A stretch of DNA of 62,916 nucleotides, counting the filler, from Octopus bimaculoides (taxonomy: Eukaryota), in NCBI RefSeq assembly GCF_001194135.2. It is 3 parts of 3 records of this genome, joined end to end, with 100 filler letters (N's around TTAATTAATTAA, not from the genome) between each part and the next. Parts side by side here need not be neighbours in the genome. Positions count along the whole stretch, not along the records: positions 1 to 31,236 come from NC_068987.1; 2 more parts are not named here. One strand, written 5' to 3'. Each line of letters opens with the position of its first letter. Within the stretch, counting starts at the first letter, position 1. The translations under genes and the position numbers were made by a program. The notes beneath the pieces were generated by a model. The model ran no database searches. It was not told the origin of the DNA and saw only the letters and a list, made by a program, of their open reading frames with translations. This document shows, one piece after another, positions 1 through 13,287 of this stretch.

Positions 1-32
1 GTCAGCGGCCTCTATTCTAACTAGACGTTTCG

Positions 33-63
<31 letters not shown>

Positions 64-634
64 TGTATACATATATACATACATGCACACATGTGCACAC
101 GCACACACAAACAAATACACATAGTGGCATATAACATATTGACCTGTATATGATTACTTGATGATTTGGATTATTAAATAATGATGTGTTGCATAAACCT
201 ATGGCTGATGCATGTCTTAGACAATTGTATGCGCGATGTTACGTCATAATAAATTATCCTAACAACACATTTTAGCGAAATTTTATGATCCATTCTTCCA
301 TGTTCATGCATATGAATATATATAAAATCTTCATCTATATATAAAGTGTATAAAATTTATAAATATATATCCTATTTACTCTACTCTTCTTTAGTCTTAG
401 CCTTCTCGTATGCAATATTTGAACAGCTAGTTCTTATTCACTCTCTCTGAAAATATATATGTATATACACATTTATATACAAGGCAGTGACCCAATATGG
501 ACACTGTCTAACGATATACATATATATATATATATACGTATACACACATATATATACATAAATACATACATCATAAGCAAAGGTCGGGGACAATCACATC
601 GTAGACATATAGACACACACACACACACACAAAA

Positions 635-671
<37 letters not shown>

Positions 672-1301
672 NNNNNNNNNNNNNNNNNNNNNNNNNNNNN
701 NNNNNNNNNNNNNNNNNNNNNNNNNNNNNNNNNNNNNNNNNNNNNNNNNNNNNNNNNNNNNNNNNNNNNNNNNNNNNNNNNNNNNNNNNNNNNNNNNNNN
801 NNNNNNNNNNNNNNNNNNNNNNNNNNNNNNNNNNNNNNNNNNNNNNNNNNNNNNNNNNNNNNNNNNNNNNNNNNNNNNNNNNNNNNNNNNNNNNNNNNNN
901 NNNNNNNNNNNNNNNNNNNNNNNNNNNNNNNNNNNNNNNNNNNNNNNNNNNNNNNNNNNNNNNNNNNNNNNNNNNNNNNNNNNNNNNNNNNNNNNNNNNN
1001 NNNNNNNNNNNNNNNNNNNNNNNNNNNNNNNNNNNNNNNNNNNNNNNNNNNNNNNNNNNNNNNNNNNNNNNNNNNNNNNNNNNNNNNNNNNNNNNNNNNN
1101 NNNNNNNNNNNNNNNNNNNNNNNNNNNNNNNNNNNNNNNNNNNNNNNNNNNNNNNNNNNNNNNNNNNNNNNNNNNNNNNNNNNNNNNNNNNNNNNNNNNN
1201 NNNNNNNNNNNNNNNNNNNNNNNNNNNNNNNNNNNNNNNNNNNNNNNNNNNNNNNNNNNNNNNNNNNNNNNNNNNNNNNNNNNNNNNNNNNNNNNNNNNN
1301 N

Positions 1302-1340
<39 letters not shown>

Positions 1341-2777
1341 GGGGGAAATAACACTGGGACGTTCGACTATCCACGAATTCTGAAGGTAAACATGAAATAA
1401 ATAAGGAGGCTTTATTCTAGAATAGAGCTTTCTTTGAGGACTCGATGATGTTGTTAGCAACCAGCCATAAATGCTATTGCGAGAAAATGAAATTGTGAGC
1501 TAGTAGAGAAATTAGTATTAGCAAAATATATAACTGCCCAAATATACGCATAAAAGTATATATGCAAATTTCACATGCAGGAAGCTTTTCATTTGAAAAG
1601 ATACATATGGGCGAAAAAGAAGAAAAGAAAAAGAAGAAAAATGAAATACAAAAATCACACGGTTACGCGAAATATAAAATGAAAGATAAATGAATTTTTC
1701 TGTTATATATTGAAAATACATACGAATTATTTAAATAGTGCAGCTATCGGTTTTTCCCTCGGGTTATAATTAATTTCATATAGACGGTATTCTATTTATT
1801 GGACACCAGACCAATAAATTGAAGTTCCTAATATTGCATCCTGTCGATAATTAAAAAGTATCGGTTTGACCTCGGTTTAAGGGTTTGTTTCTTCATAAAA
1901 AAAAAGTGAATTTTTTTTTTCAAAAACAACCGTATTTCTTAATGTCATTTAATTATGTAGGAGACATTAAAGCTACATAAATGAATAGTGTTAGTTTAAA
2001 GAAATTATAGACAATTATAAACAAGTTATATATGAAATTATTATTATTATTTCTTCTTCTTCTTCTTCTTCTTCTTCTTCTTCTTCNNNNNNNNNNNNNN
2101 NNNNNNNNNNNNNNNNNNNNNNNNNNNNNNNNNNNNNNNNNNNNNNNNNNNNNNNNNNNNNNNNNNNNNNNNNNNNNNNNNNNNNNNNNNNNNNNNNNNN
2201 NNNNNNNNNNNNNNNNNNNNNNNNNNNNNNNNNNNNNNNNNNNNNNNNNNNNNNNNNNNNNNNNNNNNNNNNNNNNNNNNNNNNNNNNNNNNNNNNNNNN
2301 NNNNNNNNNNNNNNNNNNNNNNNNNNNNNNNNNNNNNNNNNNNNNNNNNNNNNNNNNNNNNNNNNNNNNNNNNNNNNNNNNNNNNNNNNNNNNNNNNNNN
2401 NNNNNNNNNNNNNNNNNNNNNNNNNNNNNNNNNNNNNNNNNNNNNNNNNNNNNNNNNNNNNNNNNNNNNNNNNNNNNNNNNNNNNNNNNNNNNNNNNNNN
2501 NNNNNNNNNNNNNNNNNNNNNNNNNNNNNNNNNNNNNNNNNNNNNNNNNNNNNNNNNNNNNNNNNNNNNNNNNNNNNNNNNNNNNNNNNNNNNNNNNNNN
2601 NNNNNNNNNNNNNNNNNNNNNNNNNNNNNNNNNNNNNNNNNNNNNNNNNNNNNNNNNNNNNNNNNNNNNNNNNNNNNNNNNNNNNNNNNNNNNNNNNNNN
2701 NNNNNNNNNNNNNNNNNNNNNNNNNNNNNNNNNNNNNNNNNNNNNNNNNNNNNNNNNNNNNNNNNNNNNNNNNNNNG

Positions 2778-2822
2778 GATATGGGCAGTTCCCATGAGCA
2801 CTATCTTTTGGACTTCAGCCAT
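2778..2822 (-). mobile_element. 5'-truncated R4/Dong-like RLE non-LTR retrotransposon, C-terminal fragment (remainder in gap)
   Basis: Minus strand reads MAEVQKIVLMGTAHI, near-identical in DNA to 13125-13165. It abuts (AAT)n at 2823-2910. Confidence 0.7.
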
Positions 2823-2842
2823 ATTATTATTATTATTATTAC

Positions 2843-2893
<51 letters not shown>

Positions 2894-3030
2894 CATCATT
2901 ATTATTAAATTAGCACAAATTGCTTAGTTGTACTTGTTCTGGCTATTTTGCGTTCTGATTCCAAGCCCTCTTTTCAAAATCGCTGGTTTTGGTACACCAA
3001 TTACAAGCCATTGCTATTAAAAGTGATGCG

Positions 3031-3185
3031 CATTGAATTCAAATTTCTCCGAGGTCAACCTTACCTTTCATCCTTTTGAGGACGATAAAATGAGTATCAG
3101 CCGAGCAATGGCTCGATGTAATCGACTATTTCCACCTTACATACACAAATTTCAGGTCTTGTACCAAGAGTAGAAATAGTTATTT
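3031..3185 (+). mobile_element. Degraded SINE, family A (same family as 12628-12842)
   Basis: GAATTCAAATT..GAGGTCAACC..TTTCATCC..GATAAAAT..GATGTAATCGACT..AAATTTCAGG..GTAGAAA aligns to 12700-12840. Confidence 0.75.
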
Positions 3186-3438
3186 GTGTTACGAATACAT
3201 GGGAATACACTAAGCATGCGCCTGCAGATCGTGGAACAACAACACAGAAAGGATACTTGCCCTTGTTAGCCAGAATTTTCCAAGTTCTGGACTCGGGGTT
3301 AATCAACTGCCCTCATTTTGTGAAATCTTGTTTTAGAATTTTCTTGACCCATGCTTTTGTTACTCTGTTTCACACATATTTATGTAAACCTCTCATTTTG
3401 ATGTATGTTGTCTTTTGTTCTGTTTCCCTTGCTGAGGG

Positions 3439-3710
3439 TGCATGACCAAGTGTTTAGGTTGTTGCACTCACGATCGCAAGATCATGATTTGAATTCCCGG
3501 ATCGGGTTTGCGCCAGTAAAATATTTCATTTCATGCTGTTCTGCGATCACTTCAATAACTGGCGTGTAGTATCCGTTTCCTTGTTCAGGCAACATCGATT
3601 TCATGGACTGAGTGCAGCTAATGTACAGAACAAACATTCCATCACAATAAACAAATCATCTGTGTAGCTGATTCAGTAAAAATTTACAGAACCATCTTTC
3701 TCGAAATAAG
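3439..3710 (+). mobile_element. tRNA-derived SINE, family B
   Basis: tRNA-like head (AGTGTTTAGG..GATTTGAATTCCCGG). The body CTGCGATCACTTC..CGATTT..GCTAATGT is shared with 8768-8975. Confidence 0.7.
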
Positions 3711-3831
3711 AAAGACTATCATATCAGCATATACACCCCTCTTACATTCAAGCCCTTTTGGCTAATAAAAGAACCCTTTTCATCATTAACAACACCAAAA
3801 CCATCACACCACCACCATTACCACAACCCGA

Positions 3832-3975
3832 ACAAAATGCTTAGCGGCATTTCTTTCAGTTTTACGTTCTGAGTTCAAATTCCGCCTTGGTCAACTTTGA
3901 TTTTTATCGTTTCGGGGTTGATAAAATAAGAACCAGCTGAACACTGGTGTCAATGTAATCGCTTTATCCCCTACT
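3832..3975 (+). mobile_element. SINE family A, partial
   Basis: AAAATGCTTAGCGGCATTTC..CGTTCTGAGTTCAAATTCCGCC..CGGGGTTGATAAAATAAG matches 12628-12842. Confidence 0.8.
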
Positions 3976-4355
3976 AGTAGGGGATAAGGCGATTAGTACC
4001 AGTAGTAGTAGTGAAAATTCTAGAACTGCTTAGAAAGGATATGAAAGTTAAATGGTACTTCATATAAGCGTATGTCTTTCTGGAAGGACCTTGCTGTAGC
4101 ACAGTTTAATACCTCAAGAAGACTTAACAACAATGGTTCTACTCTGGTTCTACTCTGGTTCTAATGGCAATGGGAGTTTTTACCTTGTTTATGTTTTCTC
4201 TTAAAACATTAGAATGGTATAAATAATAAAACTGGTAACGGAGATTAAATGACAGCGGAGTGGGTTCACTGGGTGCTTATCTTCTAGCGTATGGTTAAGT
4301 TTTAGGTTATTGTTGATATACTCTGTAAAATTTAGAGATGGTCAATTTTTTTTTG

Positions 4356-4648
4356 TTTTGCCAAATAAACAAACGCACTATATATCCGTTCTTCACATGT
4401 TTATTACAGTACTTATTTTATCTTATATCCATTGTCTGGAAATCTTTTACCACATATCTGTAGTGTCTTCGGTGACTCTTCCATCCACGTGTATCCTCCT
4501 AAAAAGAACATACATATGGATGGAAGAGTCGCTGAAGAGGTCAAAGATGTGTGATGAAAGATTTCCAGACAATGGACATAAGATATAATAAGAACAATAA
4601 TAAACGAGTGAAGAACGAATATATAGTGGTTGTCTTTATTTAACAAAA
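4356..4648. repeat. Imperfect fold-back inverted repeat (~140-bp arms, 15-nt loop)
   Basis: 4356-4494 is roughly 80% identical to the reverse complement of 4510-4648. The two ORF-track peptides on opposite strands mirror each other. Confidence 0.9.
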
Positions 4649-5790
4649 AAAAAAAAAAAANNNNNNNNNNNNNNNNNNNNNNNNNNNNNNNNNNNNNNNN
4701 NNNNNNNNNNNNNNNNNNNNNNNNNNNNNNNNNNNNNNNNNNNNNNNNNNNNNNNNNNNNNNNNNNNNNNNNNNNNNNNNNNNNNNNNNNNNNNNNNNNN
4801 NNNNNNNNNNNNNNNNNNNNNNNNNNNNNNNNNNNNNNNNNNNNNNNNNNNNNNNNNNNNNNNNNNNNNNNNNNNNNNNNNNNNNNNNNNNNNNNNNNNN
4901 NNNNNNNNNNNNNNNNNNNNNNNNNNNNNNNNNNNNNNNNNNNNNNNNNNNNNNNNNNNNNNNNNNNNNNNNNNNNNNNNNNNNNNNNNNNNNNNNNNNN
5001 NNNNNNNNNNNNNNNNNNNNNNNNNNNNNNNNNNNNNNNNATTTATACACACACATTCATTCATACATACATACATACATACATACATACATACAGACAT
5101 ACATACAGTAAATAGATTTACGTTGTTTTCGGCAATGATCATTCCAGCTGTTTCTGAACATCTGAATTTCCTACTAATTGAGTCATCGTGTAAGTAGCTA
5201 TCTATTCCACCGACACATGCACACTTAGTCCCCAGGCAGAATCAACTTGATACTGTACGTGACAAAGAGCCGTTTGAATAATAGATGCACTGTAGCCAAT
5301 GGGCCCCGCTAAATGTTCCTACCTACCCAATTTCACCCACTAGTCTTTATATTGGTATATCGCTATGGAAAAACACACTTGTCTACGGTCACATGCAATG
5401 GGGTCGAACTCTAGATTTCTTGATTGCAAAACCACCCGGCCCAGTTATTCAATCGATGGTAGAATCGTGAGAAAACTGCGTGTTTCTTATTAAATTCTTT
5501 TTTCTTTTATCACAGTTATTGAGATATTTGTTCCCCATCTTTATGCATTGCTATCAAATAACACAAGGGCCAAATTTGGGTTTCATCGTATTTCTGGGTT
5601 CGACATAAGATATGTATCAATGCCTATCAAGTACAGGGGTATAATTAATCGTCTTTGAAATAATGAGATGGAGATTATAACGCACCCGATGGACAACATC
5701 AGTAGACAGTAAGAAGAGACATACTGCAAAGCAGCCGCTATTTTCCATACAACCTTACCCACACCTACGCCACGGACAATTAAAGTCAGC

Positions 5791-5876
<86 letters not shown>

Positions 5877-5892
5877 TTATCTATCTATCTAT
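5791..5892. repeat. (ATCT)n microsatellite
   Basis: Direct reading. Confidence 0.98.
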
Positions 5893-6544
5893 CGTATCAG
5901 TTAGCTATCCATAAGCTAAGAAAAAGGTACACTCAGTATGAGAAATATAACAGTTATATTTTAATAGAATCGTGCAGTATATTAATAATTACGGCATATA
6001 ACAGGTTAGGTCCTTTCCGTCACTTTCTCGCCCACTATTACAATTGGAAATGTTGACGACTTTTCAGACATGATGCCCGGCAGCTCATAAGCTTCTGTTA
6101 TGCTAGAGGTCCTGCACCGAAACCGAAAATATACCCTAGAATGCAGAGCTGAAGAAGGGAAGCTTCACCGATGGGTCTATATCTAATGTTTTCTCTCGCA
6201 TATTTATGCATACAATCTTTTGCCTACATTATTTCTAACCTTGTGCCTGTGCAGTTATATCTTACTTTTGCCCCATAAAGAACTCAACATCACCACCAGT
6301 ACAACTAACTACAGCTGCTACTACAATTAATACTACTACTACTGCTCTTGTTGATGATCTTGTAATAATTTTTTTTTTTATATAGTGTTATTAGATTAAT
6401 CCGCAGGCTGGAATCAACATCCTGTGACTATAGGAAAATGAATCAATTTTTCGCTTGTCTCGAAGAGGTAGAATTTGATTTTTCTTCAAAACTATTAAAC
6501 ATTGGCCAATAGGAAAGGTAGCAGAAAACTAATAAGACGGAGAG

Positions 6545-6594
<50 letters not shown>

Positions 6595-7546
6595 TGTTGT
6601 TGTTGTTGTTGTTGTTGTTGTAGTAGTAGTAGTTGCAGTAGTTGAAGCTTCTTCTAGCAGGAAATGAAGACGCAAGGAGTTAAAACTAAAAACAAAAAAA
6701 ATTACATGACGTTGATGGGGATGATAGGGGATAAAGAAAGAAAGAAGAAGAAGAAGAAGAAGAAGAAGAAGAAGAGTGAGGGTAATGACGACGATAATGA
6801 AAACGACGTTTACAATAATGATGATGACGGTGATGACGATGATGGAGGCGATGGTGGTGGTTGAATATTTGTTGAAGCGAGAAGTCAGTTAAATTGATTG
6901 TTGGGTGTAAGGTCGGTACGAGTCCAAAAAACTATGGGTAGTTTGACAGGTAAGTAAACCTGTAAGATTGCCTATAGAGACAAATAGATAAGAGATTGTT
7001 TGGGAGATATGTGTAGGAATGTGCTTGTGAAGCTGAATATGTAGATTGACAGTTGAGAATAGGAGAGAGCAGTTGATAAATGAATGATGGGTAGAGAAAA
7101 AAAAAGAATGTTATAGACTTAAACAGAAGCGGTTTCTTTAGAAATGTTGACGGTAATATTCTGCAATGAAGGCGGTTAAAATAAATCATATCTGGCTTGA
7201 TAGTTTGCCAGATATATTGATGCATGTATATACTGACGATTATTTGACTGGCTGTTGGATTGTTTCATGATGCCAAAGTGTATTGCTTGTTGGCTAAGTC
7301 AAACTGATTCTCGGCCATCTGTCTTGTTGGCTGTTCGGTTATTTATTTATTATGATCGATACGTAAGAAAAAAGGCAAAACCCTATACATGATAAATACG
7401 AGTAAAAGGATGTACAGAAGCAAACCTGTGTGACAAGGTGTATGTTTCAAATATGTTTACATCACATATCCATATCTATTTATGCTTAAGGTTATATATG
7501 TGTGTGTTTGTGTGTGTGTTTGTGTGTGTGTTTGTGTGTGTGTTTG

Positions 7547-7592
<46 letters not shown>

Positions 7593-7795
7593 TATGTATG
7601 TCTGTGTGTAATATATTGAGATAAATACATCATATGCATAAATATATGTGTACATATATACATATATAATATGCGTATATATATACATACACACACATAT
7701 AAAATTTATTAATGGGGGTAGAAATTGATATTAATAAATTAAAACCAGTGGTCTAGCATATTAAAAAAATCCGAAGATTAAAATTATATTACATT

Positions 7796-7957
7796 CAAAA
7801 ATAAGAGGAATGACCAGCAAAAGTGGACTCCTATATGCTAGAAATAGATGCCGAATCATCTAACCACGAAAAACTTTTTTTTTTCGTGGTTAGATGATTC
7901 GGCATCTATTTCTAGCATATAGGAGTCCACTTTTGCTGGTCATTCCTCTTATTTTTG
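7796..7957. repeat. Perfect palindrome: 78-bp arms, 6-nt spacer
   Basis: 7796-7873 is the exact reverse complement of 7880-7957; the spacer is CTTTTT. Confidence 0.95.
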
Positions 7958-8767
7958 TACACACACACAAATCTTTTTTCCCCCTCGTACTTCCTCTCTT
8001 TCTCTTTTCCTCTCGTTGCTCACCTATTCTTCTACTTCCTCCCTTTGCTTCTCCCTCTACCACTCTCTCTCTTCCCCTTACACCGGCATGGTCACATGCT
8101 TCCGGTCAATAATCCTTTTCTTCCTTGGCTATCGCCGAGCAAACACGCGAACTACTNNNNNNNNNNNNNNNNNNNNNNNNNNNNNNNNNNNNNNNNNNNN
8201 NNNNNNNNNNNNNNNNNNNNNNNNNNNNNNNNNNNNNNNNNNNNNNNNNNNNNNNNNNNNNNNNNNNNNNNNNNNNNNNNNNNNNNNNNNNNNNNNNNNN
8301 NNNNNNNNNNNNNNNNNNNNNNNNNNNNNNNNNNNNNNNNNNNNNNNNNNNNNNNNNNNNNNNNNNNNNNNNNNNNNNNNNNNNNNNNNNNNNNNNNNNN
8401 NNNNNNNNNNNNNNNNNNNNNNNNNNNNNNNNNNNNNNNNNNNNNNNNNNNNNNNNNNNNNNNNNNNNNNNNNNNNNNNNNNNNNNNNNNNNNNNNNNNN
8501 NNNNNNNNNNNNNNNNNNNNNNNNNNNNNNNNNNNNNNNNNNNNNNNNNNNNNNNNNNNNNNNNNNNNNNNNNNNNNNNNNNNNNNNNNNNNNNNNNNNN
8601 NNNNNNNNNNNNNNNNNNNNNNNNNNNNNNNNNNNNNNNNNNNNNNNNNNNNNNNNNNNNNNNNNNNNNNNNNNNNNNNNNNNNNNNNNNNNNNNNNNNN
8701 NNNNNNNNNNNNNNNNNNNNNNNNNNNNNNNNNNNNNNNNNNNNNNNNNNNNNNNNNNNNNNNNNNC

Positions 8768-8975
8768 CAGACCGGGGGTGTGTTATGTTCTTGAGCAAAA
8801 CACTTCATCTCGAGTTGTTCTGCGATCACTTCGATAGCTGCTGCGTCAACGTCGATTTGATGGAGTGAGTGAGCTAATGTGTGACACGAGCATTTGATCA
8901 CTATAAAAAAATCCTTTGTGCAGGTCGTTCGGTAAAAGCTGAATGCTCACACGTCGTCTTTGACGGGAGAGTCGG
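8768..8975 (+). mobile_element. SINE family B (head lost in gap), with CORE-like segment
   Basis: TGTTCTTGAGCAAAACACTTCATCTC resembles the CORE-SINE motif; the body is homologous to 3510-3700. Confidence 0.75.
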
Positions 8976-9662
8976 CCCCGCGTGCACACACACATATAAT
9001 GATTATAGATTTTAGTCTGAACTTGAAGACGTCAAGAAGTTACCGAAATGCAAGTTATCTAGTGCTGTGGCTCACATTGATATTCACCAAATATAGAGAG
9101 CTTCGTTGAGTATTAATGTTTTTGACTACGGTACGTGTGGATTGGATAATCTTGCACCGTAATAGTCAATCAGATTAACCTGTAAAATATCTGATTTCAT
9201 GACCCACTTTGACCAATGAACATCGCTGATCAAGTGCATTGCACGTTTGCCTTTCACCGCATACTAACAGATCACGATTGTATCTTACGTGTTCGAAATT
9301 CTGAGTAATAATAAAATGAATCATTTATTGATTCTCAATAAATATAAACTACATACTTGTTTTTGTTTGTAAACACGCATATACGCACACACACAGACAC
9401 ACATACCTACCCATTTACAGACACATATACGCATACACTTTAAAATATCTATTACAGAACCTCAATATATATATATATATATATANNNNNNNNNNNNNNN
9501 NNNNNNNNNNNNNNNNNNNNNNNNNNNNNNNNNNNNNNNNNNNNNNNNNNNNNNNNNNNNNNNNNNNNNNNNNNNNNNNNNNNNNNNNNNNNNNNNNNNN
9601 NNNNNNNNNNNNNNNNNNNNNNNNNNNNNNNNNNNNNNNNNNNNNNNNNNNAAAGTGTATGC

Positions 9663-9698
<36 letters not shown>

Positions 9699-10003
9699 AA
9701 AAAATTCTCTTCTTGAAATTATAACTTAGTGCACGCAGTTTTTACCCGTAGAAGGATACTAGTAATTAAATACCTTTATAATTTACCGACATTAATTATC
9801 TTTTATGAATTTCAATCTCTTACACATAGAATTCATGAACAATATACATCAACCTTTAATTAATGTGTTCCTACTTTATTAACTTATTTATATTTCTTTA
9901 TCGAAATGATTTTATTGTTCACGATTATGAATTATCTTTTCATACACCTTTTAAATTTGTTTTTCTTATTCATTCCTTACTCTTCTCATTACAATCACCC
10001 CTT

Positions 10004-10080
10004 AAGGCAGTAAGCTGGTAGGATTATTACTGCGCCGGACAAAGTGCTTAATGGCATTTCCTCCGGATTTACATTCCGAA
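10004..10080 (+). mobile_element. SINE family A head fragment
   Basis: AAGGCAGTAAGCTGGTAGGATTATTACTGCGCCGGACAAAGTGCTTAATGGCATTTC matches the family A 5' end. Confidence 0.6.
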
Positions 10081-10145
10081 CCATCTGACACACCGATCTC
10101 TAAATATTACATTTTAAACACCTACGCATAAATTTTAATTAAATT

Positions 10146-10326
10146 TACCGTATTTAACGTGTATAAGGAACCCTTTTTTGTCAAAAATTAGGCTAAAAAA
10201 ATATGGGAGTTTCTTATACATTGATAGTATTGTAATCCCTTACAAAACCTTTTTCCAAATTCTAATGCCCCCAAAGTAGGGGGTTCCTTATACAGGAGGG
10301 TACCTTATACAAGTTAAAATACGGTA
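10146..10326. mobile_element. MITE of the Tc1/mariner-pogo superfamily
   Basis: TA-CCGTATTTAACGTGTATAAGG ... CCTTATACAAGTTAAAATACGG-TA: ~21-bp TIRs (1 indel, 1 mismatch), TA target duplication, 181 bp, no ORF. Confidence 0.85.
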
Positions 10327-10714
10327 TTTCTGAAATCTTTAGTTCGTTCTAGTAATATATTTTAAATCGCACATATAACTTTTCTGACTTTATAACCTAG
10401 ATTTGAAACATTTTAGATGGTTCTATAAACTTAAATTAGATATTTCTTAAAATTCAGAATTTTTTGGAAAGCGTCATTTGCTAATATATATTTTTGTAAA
10501 TGTTTTTATCTCACTTTACATAGATCGTACAGCCTCCGCCTCCGCCATCTTGTCTATTTTCTCATTCGTCATTCAATTTTATACTAGTTCTTCCTTGTAA
10601 TAAATCACTTGTAAATGTACCCTTTTTGATTAGTACTTAGAAAAACTGGAATTAGGGAACCCTAGCACACTTAGCTCTATTCAATAATTTCCCCTTTAAA
10701 ATATACGTATATTA

Positions 10715-10754
10715 TGTGCTTGTATGTTTGTATGTTCGTATGTATGTATGTATG

Positions 10755-10787
<33 letters not shown>

Positions 10788-10860
10788 GTGCTTTTCTTCA
10801 TTTTTTTTGGATTAACTATGCATGTATGTACGTCTGTATGTATGTATGCATGCATGTATG

Positions 10861-10907
<47 letters not shown>

Positions 10908-11035
10908 GCACACATACAGCCATATGTACGTGTGTGTGTGTTTATGTATAAGTATGTAATCATATGTCGGTAAGTGTGTATGTATGTATGTGTGCATGAA
11001 TGTATGTATGTATGCATGTATGTATGTATGTATAC

Positions 11036-11071
<36 letters not shown>

Positions 11072-11090
11072 ATGTGTGAATATGGGTGAT
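10715..11090. repeat. Compound (TATG)n/(TA)n/(TG)n microsatellite
   Basis: Direct reading. Confidence 0.95.
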
Positions 11091-12431
11091 TTTGTATGCA
11101 ACAAAATCCTTAGATTAATATATGAGCATTAATATATATACAGAGTACTTGCTTTAAGATGTATTGTTGGTTATATGTTCTTTTTTCTGTGTTCAAATTC
11201 CGGCCAAATTTAGTTTATCGTTTTTAGAAATTTAATGTAGTAATTGGATTTTAACTTTGCTGCTCTAGTCACTGAATAAATAATGGGAATAATTTATTAA
11301 CACTTATGTTAATATATGCCTAACTTTATTAGACAAGTATCTGAGTTAAAGATTTGAATCTCGAGGGTGACGATTCACAGTGGTCATTAAGCACTTAAAA
11401 GACGCTTGCTGGTCTTATAGCAGCGAATACATCATAAGAGTTCTATTAATACATGATAAGAGTTCTAATGAAGTGAATTTTACAAGAAACACAATTTGAA
11501 AGGCAGTCTATACGTCGCTAACAGAAACAAATATTCAATGAAGCAGTAAATGTTTTTAGAAAACATGCCAGAAATAGTAACAAAATGTTACTGATATCAA
11601 AGCCTCATTTATGAGCAATTTGTTACATGATCACTTGAACTGCTTCCAAATCTCACTTGAATCACTCTAGATCCTTCGAAGGAACCGTTAAGCGTTCATT
11701 TGAACTGTTATAAATAGCAACTAAATCTCTCCCAATCATATTCTAACTTCTTAAAATTGTAAGGCACATTGCATAATTATAGTCTTAGTTACTCACTAAA
11801 AAACCGCTAAAATGATCACGGTTATATTGCTGTTGATAATCGATTTGCTGGATAGACGTTGATAAGGGGCGAAACAGCAATAACTACAACAACAATGTTT
11901 ATTACATTAAGATATTAAAAAAAAAATCTTAGCAGCGTTGAAATAGCGTCTATTTGAAAATATACGGACTTCAATGAAGTTAAATAACTGCGAAGGTAAT
12001 AAAAGTTAAACAATTCGAAACAAAACTAAAGAACAATAAACTAGAATCAAACAAAATTTGCAGTCAAACAACAGAGGGGGGAAAACACACACAAAACAAA
12101 AAACGAAACAAAGTAATGCAATAACTTTATAAACATCATTGAAAGCAAACAGTGCAATGCTTAATGATATAGCTATTACCTGACCACTCGGCTGGCAAAT
12201 AATCTGACTACTTACTGTTTCACCTGCTGAGTTGACTTTTATGTACAATAGATGTAAGAAGACTTTACTTGAAGCACTCACATACACGCACACACACACA
12301 TCCATATGCACACAAATACATACACGCTCACATAAACAGATGTATAAATGTATGCCTGTTTCTATGTGCATGTGATAGAGTGTTTACAAATTTCTTAACA
12401 AATACGGCAACTGATTCCGGATTCAGCAGTG

Positions 12432-12904
<473 letters not shown>

Positions 12905-12905
<1 letters not shown>

Positions 12906-13212
12906 TATGTTTGACTTTTGCTTTGCATTTGTAGAAGTTGGATCCAAGTCTCACCCAGAGACCTCAAGAGACAACAAGTTAGAAGTTCATGTAGGTGTTA
13001 TGCCTAGGGTACCATATATTTGGATTTGTACAGTGTTGTTCTAGAGAATGTTTAAGAAACCATAAGAAAATTATGTGTTTGTTTTAAAATTTGAGATCAC
13101 ATAGACAGTATTTTACGTAGGATATGGTCAGTTCCCATGAGCACTGTCTTTTGAACTTCAGCCATTTTGGCGTTTCCTGGTATCTGAGCTAGGTAGTAAT
13201 CAGCCCGTTTCG
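12905..13212 (-). mobile_element. 5'-truncated R4/Dong-like RLE non-LTR retrotransposon 3' end in (AAT)n
   Basis: Minus strand AQIPGNAKMAEVQKTVLMGTDHILRKILSM* (stop at 13097-13099) fits the R4/Dong C-terminal motif (EIQKxVLLGTAHILRKVL). ~190-nt 3' UTR; (AAT)n on both sides. Confidence 0.8.

Positions 13213-13287
<75 letters not shown>

Noticed and set aside
5517-5638. Candidate exon behind a strong polypyrimidine acceptor
   Set aside because: Weak donors, and part of the segment resembles a degraded SINE A tail; not included in the exon chain.
9122-9169. Possible pre-miRNA hairpin
   Set aside because: The stem needs several bulges and mismatches; no recognisable mature miRNA.
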